Shown here piece by piece: positions 1-9,270 of a DNA stretch of 62,989 nucleotides. The stretch comes from Acidimicrobiales bacterium (GTDB lineage: Bacteria > Actinomycetota > Acidimicrobiia > Acidimicrobiales > Bog-793): the NCBI GenBank assembly GCA_050014835.1, contig JBEKCO010000009.1, forward strand, positions 1 through 62,989, in the 5' to 3' direction. Within the stretch, counting starts at the first letter, position 1. Every line of letters begins with the position of its first letter. The notes beneath the pieces were generated by a model. It was not told the origin of the DNA and made no database searches. It saw only the letters and a program-made list of their open reading frames with translations. Position numbers and translations under genes: made by a program.

Positions 1-118
1 TGTTGCCCTCGACACCGGTGAGCTCACGAACCTGCACACGTTCAGCCATCTACAAAGTCTGCGCGATCACGGTCGCGAGGTGGTGGACGCGACCCCTCAG
101 ACGTTGCCGGTCACGGCA

Positions 119-973
119 CTAGTTCGTCGTGCGGCGCCGGAAGAGATGGACCGCCAGCGGTGCGAAAACGGCGATCATCGCGAACGACCAGAGCAACGCG
201 GCCACCAGTGCGTGCTGCATCGGCCAGTTCTGGATCGTCGCCGACGGGTTCGGGCTGCCCCAGAGCTGGCGGCAGGCTTCGGTGACGACGCTGATCGGGT
301 TCCAGTCGGCGAACGCCCGCATGACCTCCGGCATGTGCTGGGTCGGCACGAAGGCGTTCGAGACGATGGCCGCCGGGAAAAGGATCACCAAGCCGATGCC
401 CTGGGCAGACTCGGGGCCCTTGCTCACGAGCCCGAGGCAGCCGCACCCCCATGACAGGGCGTAGGCGAAGAGCAGCACAAGAGCGAAGCCGCCGATCACC
501 TTGCCGAATCCCGCGTCGGGGCGCCAGCCGATCCCGAGCGCCGTGACGGCGACGATCGCCGCGCAGATGAGCGAGGTGAGCAGGTCGGTGACGGACCTTC
601 CGACGAGGATCGCCGGTCGCCACATCGGAAGGGTACGGAAGCGGTCGATCACGCCGGTGTTGAGGTCCGTGGAGAGCCCCACGGCGGTCCCCATCGACGA
701 GGTGACGAGGTTCATGCCGAGCATGCCGGCGATGGCGAAGTCGACGTAGGTGCCGCCCGTCGGCAGGACGACGCCGGCGCCGAGGATGTAGACGAAAAGC
801 AACGTGAAAAGCGCCGGCTGGACGGTCACGTCGGAGAGCTGGAGCGGCTCGCGGCGGATGTGAACGAGATTGCGCCGGGTCATGACGACGACGTCGCGCA
901 GCTGCGTGCGGAACCGGTGGGGCCGCGGTTGACGGACCCGGTGGGCAGGTGGGTTCTGGGCCGTGACCGTCAT
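119..973 (-). CDS. ABC-2 type exporter permease (DrrB-like)
   Basis: 284-aa ORF with multiple hydrophobic helices. Its start overlaps the stop of the upstream ATPase gene by 4 nt (tcat at 970-973). Confidence 0.8.
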   Translation of the reverse strand: MTVTAQNPPAHRVRQPRPHRFRTQLRDVVVMTRRNLVHIRREPLQLSDVTVQPALFTLLFVYILGAGVVLPTGGTYVDFAIAGMLGMNLVTSSMGTAVGLSTDLNTGVIDRFRTLPMWRPAILVGRSVTDLLTSLICAAIVAVTALGIGWRPDAGFGKVIGGFALVLLFAYALSWGCGCLGLVSKGPESAQGIGLVILFPAAIVSNAFVPTQHMPEVMRAFADWNPISVVTEACRQLWGSPNPSATIQNWPMQHALVAALLWSFAMIAVFAPLAVHLFRRRTTN

Positions 974-1962
974 CGCCGATCGCTTTCGGGCCCCGCGGCG
1001 GGATCGCCCGGCTCGTCCGATCCGTTCTGCGTCTGGCCGGTCAGGGCGAAGAAGACGTCATCGAGCGACGCCTGGTGGACGATGACGTCGTCGACGGTGA
1101 CGTGCGCGCCGTCGAGGGCCCGCACGACCGTCGTCGCCAGGCCGTCCTCGGTTCGCACGCGACCGCGTAGCCGGCGACCGTCGTGGCTGACGTGCACGTC
1201 GCCGAGGACGTAGGGCGCGAGCGCCACGGCCGCCTCCGGGTGCGCCTCGTTCAGCGTCACCTCGAGGCAGGCCTCGCCGGTGCGGGCCTTCAGCTCGGCC
1301 GAGGTGCCGTCGGCGATGAGCTGGCCGTGGTTCATGACGACGATGCGGTCGGCGAGCTCGTCGGCCTCGTCGAGGTACTGCGTCGTGAGAAGCACCGTCG
1401 CGCCGTCGGCGACGAGCCCGCGGATGATGCCCCAGACACGGGCCCGGCTCGACGGGTCGAGCCCCGTCGTCGGCTCGTCGAAGAAGAGCACCGGTGGTCG
1501 CGCGACGAGGGTCGCCGCGACGTCGAGGCGCCGCCGCATGCCGCCGGAGTACTGCTTGAGGATTCGGTCCGTCGCCCCGACGAGCTCGAACTGCTCGAGG
1601 AGCGCGCTCGCCCGCCGGACGGCGTTGCGACGACTGAGCCCGCTCAACCGGGCGACCATCACGAGGTTCTGTCGTCCCGTGAGGTTCTCGTCGAGGGTCG
1701 CGTCCTGGCCGGCGACGCCGATGTTCCGGCGCACCGCGGCGGCCGCGTGGACGACGTCGAAGCCGGCGACCCGGGCGGTGCCGCCGTCGGGCATCGTGAG
1801 CGTCGTGAGGATCCGCAGGGTGGTCGTCTTTCCGGCGCCGTTGGGACCGAGGAGCCCGATGATCGCCCCGCGGGGGACAGCGAAGCTCACGCCGTCGACG
1901 GCGACGGTCGCGCCGAAGCGCTTCGTCAGGTTCTCGACCTCGATCATCGCGTCGTCGCTCAC
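970..1962 (-). CDS. ABC transporter ATP-binding protein (DrrA-like)
   Basis: Walker A GPNGAGKTT, ABC signature YSGGMRRR, Walker B LFFDEPTTGLD. Confidence 0.9.
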   Translation of the reverse strand: MSDDAMIEVENLTKRFGATVAVDGVSFAVPRGAIIGLLGPNGAGKTTTLRILTTLTMPDGGTARVAGFDVVHAAAAVRRNIGVAGQDATLDENLTGRQNLVMVARLSGLSRRNAVRRASALLEQFELVGATDRILKQYSGGMRRRLDVAATLVARPPVLFFDEPTTGLDPSSRARVWGIIRGLVADGATVLLTTQYLDEADELADRIVVMNHGQLIADGTSAELKARTGEACLEVTLNEAHPEAAVALAPYVLGDVHVSHDGRRLRGRVRTEDGLATTVVRALDGAHVTVDDVIVHQASLDDVFFALTGQTQNGSDEPGDPAAGPESDRR

Positions 1963-1983
1963 CAGCCACCCGTCCGCTCGGCA

Positions 1984-2015
1984 CTTACTGACCGCATGGT
2001 AAGCAAATGCTTACC
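1984..2015. promoter_or_regulatory. Candidate TetR operator in a divergent promoter region
   Basis: Perfect palindrome GGTAAGCAAATGCTTACC at 1998-2015, plus an extra CTTAC half-site at 1984-1988. Lies between the divergent ABC and TetR-MFS genes. Confidence 0.4.
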
Positions 2016-2069
2016 GGTCGTCAAGTAGAGCTTATATACTTGCCGGGCGGGTTGAACTCGGAGGTAGAC

Positions 2070-2795
2070 GTGGTCGAGAGGGCGGGTCCCGTCGGCGGTC
2101 GGCGCAGCGCTGCCGCGCGCCGGGTGGCCGGCGAGAGCACCCGTGACCGGATCCTCGACGTGGCGCTCGATCTGTTCATCAAGGACGGTTTCGATCGGGC
2201 GTCGCTGCGCGAGATATCGGAGAAGCTCGGGTTCTCCAAGGCCGCCATCTACTACCACTTCGCCAGCAAAGAGGACATCTTGATGGCGCTCCACATGCGC
2301 CTCCACGAGATCGGGCAGCGCGCCGTCGACGAGCTGCGCGACCTGACGCCGGGTGCGGAATCCTGGGCGACGCTGCTCGGCGAGCTCGTCGGCGAGATGC
2401 TCGCCAACCGCCGGATCTTCGTGATGCACGACCGCAACCAGTCGGCCTTCGAAGCGCTCCACCGCCGCAAGCACGCGGGCATGCACGAAGAGCTCAACGA
2501 CGGACTGCGGCGGGTCATCGGCGATCCGGCTTTGTCGCCCCGTGACCGGGTCCGCATGGCGTGCGCGGTGGGCGCGGTGTTCACCACCCTCATCGTCTAC
2601 GGCGACCTGTTGCGCGACATCCCTTCCGCGGAGCTCGAGGATCTGATGGGCGCCACGATCGGAGACCTCCTCGGCGTCCCCGCCGGGACCACGCGCCCCG
2701 CGGCGCGCCGTGCGACGACCGGGCTCGCCCGGCCGGACCGCACCCGCCAGCCGGTCGCCGGGCGGTCCCGTCCCCCGAGAAGATCCACCCGTTAG
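2070..2795 (+). CDS. TetR/AcrR family transcriptional regulator
   Basis: HTH block RILDVALDLFIKDGFDRASLREISEKLGFSKAAIYYHFASKEDIL. GTG at 2070 follows GGAGG. The ORF track opens at 2007. Confidence 0.85.
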   Translation: MVERAGPVGGRRSAAARRVAGESTRDRILDVALDLFIKDGFDRASLREISEKLGFSKAAIYYHFASKEDILMALHMRLHEIGQRAVDELRDLTPGAESWATLLGELVGEMLANRRIFVMHDRNQSAFEALHRRKHAGMHEELNDGLRRVIGDPALSPRDRVRMACAVGAVFTTLIVYGDLLRDIPSAELEDLMGATIGDLLGVPAGTTRPAARRATTGLARPDRTRQPVAGRSRPPRRSTR

Positions 2796-4349
2796 ATGAC
2801 GGGCCCGGTGGGCGGAGCCGGCGCCTCGAGCACCCCGGGGGTCGCGCGATCGCACTGGATGGCGCTCACCGTCCTGTGCGTCGCCGTGCTCGTCGTGAAC
2901 CTCGACAACACGATCCTCAACGTCGCGCTGCCGACCCTCGTCCGCCGCCTCGGCGCGACGACCGACGAGCTGCAGTGGATCGTCGATGCCTACGCGATGG
3001 CCTTCGGCGGGTTGCTCCTCGTCGGCGGGAGCCTCGCCGACCGGTTCGGACGCAAGCGGTTCTTCGTCCTCGGACTCGCCGTTTTCGGGGGCGGGTCACT
3101 GGGCGCGGCCTTCTCCGGGGGCGTCGGCCCGCTCATTGCCTGGCGCGCCGTCATGGGCGCCGGCGCGGCGATGACGATCCCGTCCGGCCTCTCGATCGTG
3201 AACGATCTCTTCCGCGCGGCCCAGGCCCGCGCCCGGGCGATCGGCATCTGGTCGGGCACGATCGGGCTCGGGATCGCGATCGGCCCCGTCGCCGGGGGGC
3301 TGCTCCTCAGCCGCTTCTGGTGGGGGTCGGTCTTTTTCGTCAACGTGCCGGTCGTCGTCTTGGGCATCGTCGGGACACTGGTTTTCGTCCCCGAGTCGCG
3401 TAGCTCCTCCCCCAACCGGCCGGACCCGGCTGGATCGGTGCTCTCGATCATCGGGCTCGGGCTTGTCCTGTGGGCGATCATCGAGGGCCCGACCCGCGGC
3501 TGGGCCTCGGGCCAGGTCCTCGGCGTCGGCGTGGCGGGGCTCGTCGTCGTCGTCGGGTTCGTCGCCTGGGAACGGGCGATCGACCACCCGATGCTGCCGC
3601 TCGGGTTTTTCGGGTCGCGCCGGTTCAGCGTCGCGATCGTGACCGTCGGCCTCGGGCTCTTCGCGCTGTTCGGGGGACTTTTCATCATGACCCAGTTCCT
3701 CCAGTTCTTCCTCGGCTATACGCCGCTCGGCGCGGGCCTCCGCATCCTGCCGATCGCCGGGATCCTGGCGTGCGGCGCGCTCGTCTCCCCGCGGGGCGTG
3801 CGGATGATCGGGACGAAGCTCGTCGCCGCGTTGGGGCTTCTGGCGATCGTCGGCGGGCTCGCCCAGATCGCCGTCGTCTCGACCGGTTCGGCGACCTACC
3901 CGAGCGAGCTCCCGGGGATGCTGCTTGTCGGGCTCGGGGCGGGCCTGCTCGTGCCGGCGGCGATCGACTCCGTGCTCGGGGCCGTCACCCAGGCCGACGC
4001 CGGCGTCGGGTCGGCGGTGAACTCGACGGCGATGCAGATCGGCGGGGCGATCGGCGTCGCCGTGATCGGCAGCGTGCTCTCCACCCGCTACCGGGGTGCG
4101 ATGCAGCAGGCGATCGCCGGGAAGCCGGTGCCGGCCGGCGCGGCGCACGCCATCCTCGGGTCGATCGGGGGCGCGCTCGGCGTCGCCCACCTCGTCGGGG
4201 GCGCGTTCGGCGCCGAGCTCACCCGGGCCGCCATCGACGCTTTCGCGACCGGATCCCGCACGGCCCTTGTCGTCGGGGCCTTTGTCACCGGGGCGGGCGT
4301 GCTTGTGGCCCTCGCCGCGCTGCCCTCGCGTGCCGGGCCGAAGGCGTGA
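2796..4349 (+). CDS. MFS transporter, DHA2 (EmrB/QacA) type
   Basis: 517 aa, about 14 hydrophobic segments, motif A-like GGSLADRFGRKR. Immediately follows the TetR stop. Confidence 0.85.
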   Translation: MTGPVGGAGASSTPGVARSHWMALTVLCVAVLVVNLDNTILNVALPTLVRRLGATTDELQWIVDAYAMAFGGLLLVGGSLADRFGRKRFFVLGLAVFGGGSLGAAFSGGVGPLIAWRAVMGAGAAMTIPSGLSIVNDLFRAAQARARAIGIWSGTIGLGIAIGPVAGGLLLSRFWWGSVFFVNVPVVVLGIVGTLVFVPESRSSSPNRPDPAGSVLSIIGLGLVLWAIIEGPTRGWASGQVLGVGVAGLVVVVGFVAWERAIDHPMLPLGFFGSRRFSVAIVTVGLGLFALFGGLFIMTQFLQFFLGYTPLGAGLRILPIAGILACGALVSPRGVRMIGTKLVAALGLLAIVGGLAQIAVVSTGSATYPSELPGMLLVGLGAGLLVPAAIDSVLGAVTQADAGVGSAVNSTAMQIGGAIGVAVIGSVLSTRYRGAMQQAIAGKPVPAGAAHAILGSIGGALGVAHLVGGAFGAELTRAAIDAFATGSRTALVVGAFVTGAGVLVALAALPSRAGPKA

Positions 4350-4407
4350 GGTCCCGTCGCGCCCGGCGGGCCGGAGAGTCCCGGGGTCGGCTGACCCGCC
4401 TCGGTCG

Positions 4408-4869
4408 CTAGGCCGACCCGGTGGGCTCGGACCGCTCCCTGATCCGGGCGAGCGCCGCCAGGCCGGCGCGTAGCCCGGCGAGCTCGTCCGGGGTGATCAT
4501 GGCGGCGAGCTCCGCCTCGACCCTGCCGACGGCTTCGCCGACCTCGTCGGCGACGGCGCGGCCGCGGTCGGTGAGCTCGATCGTCATCCGGCGCCGGTCG
4601 GCGGGGTCGACCTCCCGATTGAGGTAGCCGCGCAGCACGAGCGAGTCGATGAGCTGGCTGACGGCCTGTTTCGAGACGCCGAGGCCACGGAGCTGGTCGA
4701 TCGCGACCCGTCCCCGGAACGCCAAGCCCCCGACGACGAAGGCGCCGTGGCGGGGGAGGTCCTCGATGCCGGCGGCGGCGAGTTGGGCGGTGATCGCCTG
4801 GGCGTAACAGCCGCGCGCGGCCCGCAGCAGCGCGGGGATGCTGACTTCGTCGGAGCGTGTCTCGGTCAT
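4408..4869 (-). CDS. MarR family transcriptional regulator
   Basis: Winged-helix block LGVSKQAVSQLIDSLVLRGYLNREVDPADRRRMTIELTDRG. ATG at 4869; the ORF track opens at TTG 4896. Confidence 0.85.
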   Translation of the reverse strand: MTETRSDEVSIPALLRAARGCYAQAITAQLAAAGIEDLPRHGAFVVGGLAFRGRVAIDQLRGLGVSKQAVSQLIDSLVLRGYLNREVDPADRRRMTIELTDRGRAVADEVGEAVGRVEAELAAMITPDELAGLRAGLAALARIRERSEPTGSA

Positions 4870-4899
4870 GGGCCGAGGATACGGGCGGTCCCCCAACTA

Positions 4900-4921
4900 G
4901 TCAAGCACCTTGACAGTCAAG
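4900..4921. promoter_or_regulatory. Candidate MarR box
   Basis: GTCAAG-CAC-CTTGAC inverted repeat at 4900-4914, followed by a third GTCAAG at 4916-4921. Sits about 30 nt upstream of the MarR start. Confidence 0.35.
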
Positions 4922-5270
4922 ATTCAGGACCGTCCCGGTGAGGGGGATCGGCGGGACCCCAGACGTAGAGGGACGTCGAGGCGGCGACCACGAGCCTGAG
5001 GCGCTCGAGGATCGGGTGGCTGGTGGGTGCGGCGTCGGCTTGGAGGGCCGACTTGCCGTGCACTCCTCGTCGCCCGGGCATCGTGTCTCCTGTGGGAATG
5101 GCGTGCCCGAAGCGAGATGCGCCAATGACATTATGGCGAAGCGCGGGCCGTAACAGTCGGGCCCCGTCGCGCGTTCGCGATCCGCTGGCGCGCGCCGGCC
5201 CAGGGGGCGTCACAATAGGTGGAGCCGCGGTCCGGCACGACCGACGGCGCAGGGAGGCGTGGAGGCGACG

Positions 5271-5681
5271 ATGGCGGGCAAGGAGCACTGGAAGGACGAG
5301 CCCGAGGAGCAGGACTATCCGGCGGCGCTGAGCTACCTGACGCTCGTCACGAGCGAGGCCAGCGCCGAAGCGCTCGTCGAGGCGTTGAAGAAGGCCCCGA
5401 TCGTGCGGCGGATGGCGAAGGACCTTTTGCGGGCGAGTCGCCTCGAGGTGTTGCCGGCCGAGAACTTCCACGTTCAAAAAGACCTGAAGAAGGTCCAGAA
5501 AGGACGTCGCCTCTCACCGGTCCTCCTCGTCGCCGGCGATCTGGCGTCGGACACGCCGCTCACCATCGCCGACGGCTACCACCGGATCTGTGCGAGCTAC
5601 CACCTCTACGAGGACGCCCTCATCCCGTGCCGGCTCGTCGGCTGCGAGGTCGAGGAACGCTCGCCGGTCCACACGATCTGA
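5271..5681 (+). CDS. Hypothetical protein with ParB/sulfiredoxin-like fold signature
   Basis: ATG 5271 lies 5 nt after GGAGG. C-terminal block LSPVLLVAGDL..LTIADGYHRICASY resembles the (I/V)DG(H/Y)HR core of ParB N-terminal-like domains. Confidence 0.5.
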   Translation: MAGKEHWKDEPEEQDYPAALSYLTLVTSEASAEALVEALKKAPIVRRMAKDLLRASRLEVLPAENFHVQKDLKKVQKGRRLSPVLLVAGDLASDTPLTIADGYHRICASYHLYEDALIPCRLVGCEVEERSPVHTI

Positions 5682-5702
5682 GCGCGCAGCACGCGGTCGC
5701 GC

Positions 5703-6434
5703 CTAGCGGCGCCCGGTCGACTTCGAGCCTTCCGCGGAGGGTTTGTCGCTCTGGGCGGACGCTTCGCTCCCCGGAGTGACGGCGACCTTCTTCCACGGGC
5801 CGACCGCCGCGGCGAGCATGCCCGAGTTCGGGATGTTGAGGACGCCGTCGTCGGTGCGGAGCGTCACATACGTGAGGTTCATCCCCCGCACGACGCCGTT
5901 CAGCTCCCCGCCGAGGGCACCGGAGCGCACCCGGATGTGGTCCCCAATGCTGAATGGATGGGCGAGCAGCAGCACCGCGCCGGCGAAGACGTTGCCGAGC
6001 ACCTGCTGGGCGGCGATGCCGAGCACGACACCCGTCAGCGCCCCGCCGACGAGGAGGTGGTCGATCGGCACCGAGACGAGGCCGAGCGTCCCGAAAAGCA
6101 CGATGACGTAGCCGGCGATCGAGGCGGTGAGCCGCAGGACCCGCCCGGTCGTGGCCGGCGTGCGGGAGCCGACGACGTGGCCCAGCCAGCGGGCGAGGCG
6201 CCGCGTCGTCGCGAGCCCGGCGACGACGAAGACGGCGGTCGCCGCCCAGATAACGACCCGTGGCTCGACCCGGGGCGTGTGGATCTTGCCGAAGATCGAT
6301 CCGACGATGAGCGCCGCGACGGTGAAGGCCCCGTAGACCGCCGACATCACGCCGTAGTGGTCGGGCGGGGGCGGGGCCGGACCGAAGCCGGCCGGTTGCC
6401 CGCGTTCGGCCCTGGCGGGCGGTCGCTCAGCCAT
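5703..6434 (-). CDS. Mechanosensitive ion channel family protein (MscS-like)
   Basis: TM helices followed by VLGNVFAGAVLLLAHPFSIGDHIRV and a beta-domain. Start taken at the internal ATG 6434 (MAERPP). Confidence 0.8.
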   Translation of the reverse strand: MAERPPARAERGQPAGFGPAPPPPDHYGVMSAVYGAFTVAALIVGSIFGKIHTPRVEPRVVIWAATAVFVVAGLATTRRLARWLGHVVGSRTPATTGRVLRLTASIAGYVIVLFGTLGLVSVPIDHLLVGGALTGVVLGIAAQQVLGNVFAGAVLLLAHPFSIGDHIRVRSGALGGELNGVVRGMNLTYVTLRTDDGVLNIPNSGMLAAAVGPWKKVAVTPGSEASAQSDKPSAEGSKSTGRR

Positions 6435-6579
6435 CAGGGTTCCCCTCGGCCGGAACCGTTCGTTTGTGACGGGATCGACGTGCCGTCGCGGGCTTGCACG
6501 ACGAGGAGTGTTGCACTCCGCCGCGGTGGTCGCCCAACGGCGGGCGACTAGTCGGCGGGCGGCACGCGAGACTGGAGGC

Positions 6580-7578
6580 GTGCGGGCGTGGATCATCGAC
6601 CAACCGGGACCCATCGAGGGTCACCCCCTCCGCCTCGTCGACCGTCCCGTCCCCGAACCGGGTCCGGGTGAGATCCTCGTCGCCGTCGCCGCTTGTGGGG
6701 TCTGCCGCACCGACCTCCACCTCGCCCTCGGCGAACTCGCGCCGCGCCGGCACGGGGTCGTGCCCGGCCACGAGGTCGTCGGCACCGTCACGGCCTCAGG
6801 ACCCGGCGCGACGCGTTTCGCGCCCGGTGACCGGGTCGGGATCGCCTGGTTGCGCGGGACGGACGGGACGTGCGAGTTCTGCCGCCGGGGCGCGGAGAAC
6901 CTGTGCCGGGATCCTTCCTTCACCGGTTGGGACGCCGACGGCGGGTACGCCGAATACGCGGTCGTCGACGAGCGCTTCGCCTACCAGATCCCGGCGGGCC
7001 TCACCGACGTCGAGGCGGCGCCGTTGCTCTGCGCGGGGATCATCGGCTTCCGGGCGTTGCGGCGGGCTGCGCTGCCACCAGGCGGCCGCCTCGGCATCTA
7101 CGGCTTCGGTGCCTCGGCGCACCTCGCCGCCCAGGTCGCATTGCATGAGGGGGCGACGGTCCACGTGATGACGAGGTCGGCCGACGCCCGGCGGCTCGCC
7201 CTTGAGCTCGGCGCGGCCTCCGCCCAGGGGACCGCCGACCCGCCGCCGGAGCCGCTCGACGCGGCGATCCTTTTCGCGCCGGCGGGCGAGATCGTGCCGG
7301 TGGCGCTGCGTGCTCTCGAGCGCGGCGGGACGCTCGCCGTGGCGGGGATCTACCTGTCAGAGATCCCCGCCCTCGATTACGAGTCCGAGCTTTTCTACGA
7401 GAAGAACCTGCGCAGCGTGACGGCGAACACGCGGGCCGACGGCGAGGAGTTCCTCCGGATCGCCGGGGCGGCGCGCCTCCGCGTCGTCGCGACGCCGTAC
7501 GCGCTCGACCGGGCCGACGAGGCCCTCGCCGACCTCGCCGCCGACCGGTTCGAAGGGGCCGCGGTCCTCGTCGTGTAG
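6580..7578 (+). CDS. Zinc-dependent alcohol dehydrogenase family protein
   Basis: GVCRTDLHL, GHEVVGTV, structural-Zn Cys cluster CEFCRRGAENLC. GTG 6580 (VRAWIID); the ORF track opens at 6466. Confidence 0.85.
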   Translation: MRAWIIDQPGPIEGHPLRLVDRPVPEPGPGEILVAVAACGVCRTDLHLALGELAPRRHGVVPGHEVVGTVTASGPGATRFAPGDRVGIAWLRGTDGTCEFCRRGAENLCRDPSFTGWDADGGYAEYAVVDERFAYQIPAGLTDVEAAPLLCAGIIGFRALRRAALPPGGRLGIYGFGASAHLAAQVALHEGATVHVMTRSADARRLALELGAASAQGTADPPPEPLDAAILFAPAGEIVPVALRALERGGTLAVAGIYLSEIPALDYESELFYEKNLRSVTANTRADGEEFLRIAGAARLRVVATPYALDRADEALADLAADRFEGAAVLVV

Positions 7579-7595
7579 GCCGGAGCGCCGGGCCT

Positions 7596-7786
7596 CTAGC
7601 GGATGGCCGAGGAGGCGGCGAAGGCCGCGATCGCGATCGCGTTGAATAGCGAGTGGGTCGTCATCGACGAGCCGAGCCGGCCCGTGAGGTGCCGCACGGT
7701 GCCGAGCCCACCTCCCGTGCCGGATCCGGCGATCCACGAGACCAGCGCGAGAAGCAGGATCCGAGGAAGACGTGTGCCCAGCCCAT
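7596..7786 (-). pseudogene. Small two-helix membrane protein, reading frame split by a 1-nt indel
   Basis: ATG 7786 gives MGWAHVFLG, then the frame is lost. The adjacent frame reads ILLLALVSWIAGSGTGGGLGTVRHLTGRLGSSMTTHSLFNAIAIAAFAASSAIR to a stop at 7596. Total length is 191 nt (3n+2). Confidence 0.4.
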
Positions 7787-7827
7787 GGTCTCGGGCCGCG
7801 CGACATCGAACGTCACCGGGGAATCGG

Positions 7828-8322
7828 TCACGGGTCAGATTCCTTCAGCTGCGCCGCGACAGTCCTCGCCCAGGCTGCCACCTGCGCCGGGTCGCGCCAG
7901 TCGCCGGAGTGCTCCTTTGCCATCGCCCGGGCGGGAAACCCCGTCGCGTCAGGGGAGAGCCGGCCGCCGAAGGTGACATGACCGCGGGCGTTGACGCGCT
8001 TCATCAGCCGCTTGACCCCGGCCACGGGCGGGATCTCCTTTTTCGTCGCGGAGTCGTTGAGCGGTCCGCTCGAGAAAAAGAACGTCGGGAGCTTCCGCAG
8101 TTCCTTCGCGTGGTGCCGCACGAACCGGCGGGACGACTTGTGCCAACGGCCGGCGTAGACGGCGCCGCCGACGACGACGGCGTCGAAATGGTCGAGGTGC
8201 TTGACCTCGTCCGGACGGAACAGGCTGACGGCGTGCCCTTCCTGCCGCAGGCCGTCGGCGACCATCTGGGCGAGCTCCTCGGTGCCCCCGCGTTTCGACC
8301 CGCAGGTCACTAGGACGCGCAT
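7828..8322 (-). CDS. Flavodoxin-like domain protein
   Basis: MRVLVTCGSKRGGTEELAQ..., FDAVVVGGAVYAGRW; flavodoxin_5/HemG-like pattern. ATG 8322. Confidence 0.75.
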   Translation of the reverse strand: MRVLVTCGSKRGGTEELAQMVADGLRQEGHAVSLFRPDEVKHLDHFDAVVVGGAVYAGRWHKSSRRFVRHHAKELRKLPTFFFSSGPLNDSATKKEIPPVAGVKRLMKRVNARGHVTFGGRLSPDATGFPARAMAKEHSGDWRDPAQVAAWARTVAAQLKESDP

Positions 8323-8584
8323 CGGCGATCCCCCTTTCTCGTCCCGTCCCTCGGGACCCATCGGTCGTCGTCACCGCGGCCAGTACGACCGTCGGCATCC
8401 GGGTCCACCCGTGGCCGCTCGCCAACGGGGCCCCGTCCCGGACCAACGGGTGCCGGGGGTTCCCGTCGACTCGAAGCCGGCCGGCGTCATGATCGCACGC
8501 CTCGCCCCTCGGCAGGAACGACCGGATCCCGGATCCGGTCGTGGTCGCAATCAGTCCGTGCCAGCGTCTCGGACGAAGGACGCG

Positions 8585-9127
8585 TCATGGTTCCGATGCC
8601 TTCGCCGCTTCGAGGATCTTCGCGGTCGTCGGGAAGAACCTCGTGGTCAGCTGGGTCTGCAGCGCCTTGGTGAGGAAGCTCTGGAACGCCGGCGGTCTGC
8701 CGTCGACGACGCGCCACGTCATGAAGGCCTCGTAGTCCGAGGCATCGATAATCGCCATGTCGTTCTTCGCCGAGCGGAGAGGAAGGTCGAGTGGCGGGAT
8801 TCGATCGGCGGTGAATGCCACGCACAGCCTCAGGTCGGGGGTGACGACGACGCCCCGGAAAGGATCGCGGGCCACCACCTGTTCGAGCTCGGACCGTGTG
8901 CGCAAAAAGACCGGGACCTCGTAGCCGAGGGCGTCGCGCAGGTGCCCCGCGATGCGGCTTGCCAGAACCGACCGGTCGGCCGACGGGTCTGAGAAGAAGA
9001 CGTTGCCGCTCTGGATGTACGAGCGAACGTCGGCGAGGCCGATCTCGCGGAACAGCCCGCGCGGGTGCTCCATGCGCACCGTGTGACCCCCGACGTTGAT
9101 CCCCCGTAGGAGCGCGATGTACCGCAC
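8585..9127 (-). CDS. DUF1697 domain-containing protein
   Basis: N-terminus MRYIALLRGINVGGH...SGNVFF is the DUF1697 hallmark. Confidence 0.8.
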   Translation of the reverse strand: MRYIALLRGINVGGHTVRMEHPRGLFREIGLADVRSYIQSGNVFFSDPSADRSVLASRIAGHLRDALGYEVPVFLRTRSELEQVVARDPFRGVVVTPDLRLCVAFTADRIPPLDLPLRSAKNDMAIIDASDYEAFMTWRVVDGRPPAFQSFLTKALQTQLTTRFFPTTAKILEAAKASEP

Positions 9128-9270
9128 GTCCTATCTTCTAACCGGTCCCGCCGCCTTCGCCTTCACCTTCGGCCCGGGGGCGGCTCCGACCCGGTCGTGC
9201 CACGCCGTCGCCGCGGAGCGCGATCGCCTGTCATTGTGGGTAGCCGCGCCGAGGGGCGCGACGGACCGAG

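Noticed and set aside
1-49. Possible gene start on the minus strand (ATG at 49, MAERVQVRELTGVEGN...) running off the left edge
   Set aside because: Only 16 codons are visible and there is no RBS, so it cannot be supported.
4917-5090. 57-codon ORF with an AGGAGA RBS upstream of MarR (MPGRRGVHGKSALQADAAPTS...)
   Set aside because: The composition is not clearly protein-like, there is no motif, and it ends inside the putative MarR operator. The support is insufficient.
5271-5681. Chromosome or plasmid partition ParB
   Set aside because: The protein is too short (136 aa). It has no HTH or dimerisation domain, no adjacent ParA, and no parS-like repeats.
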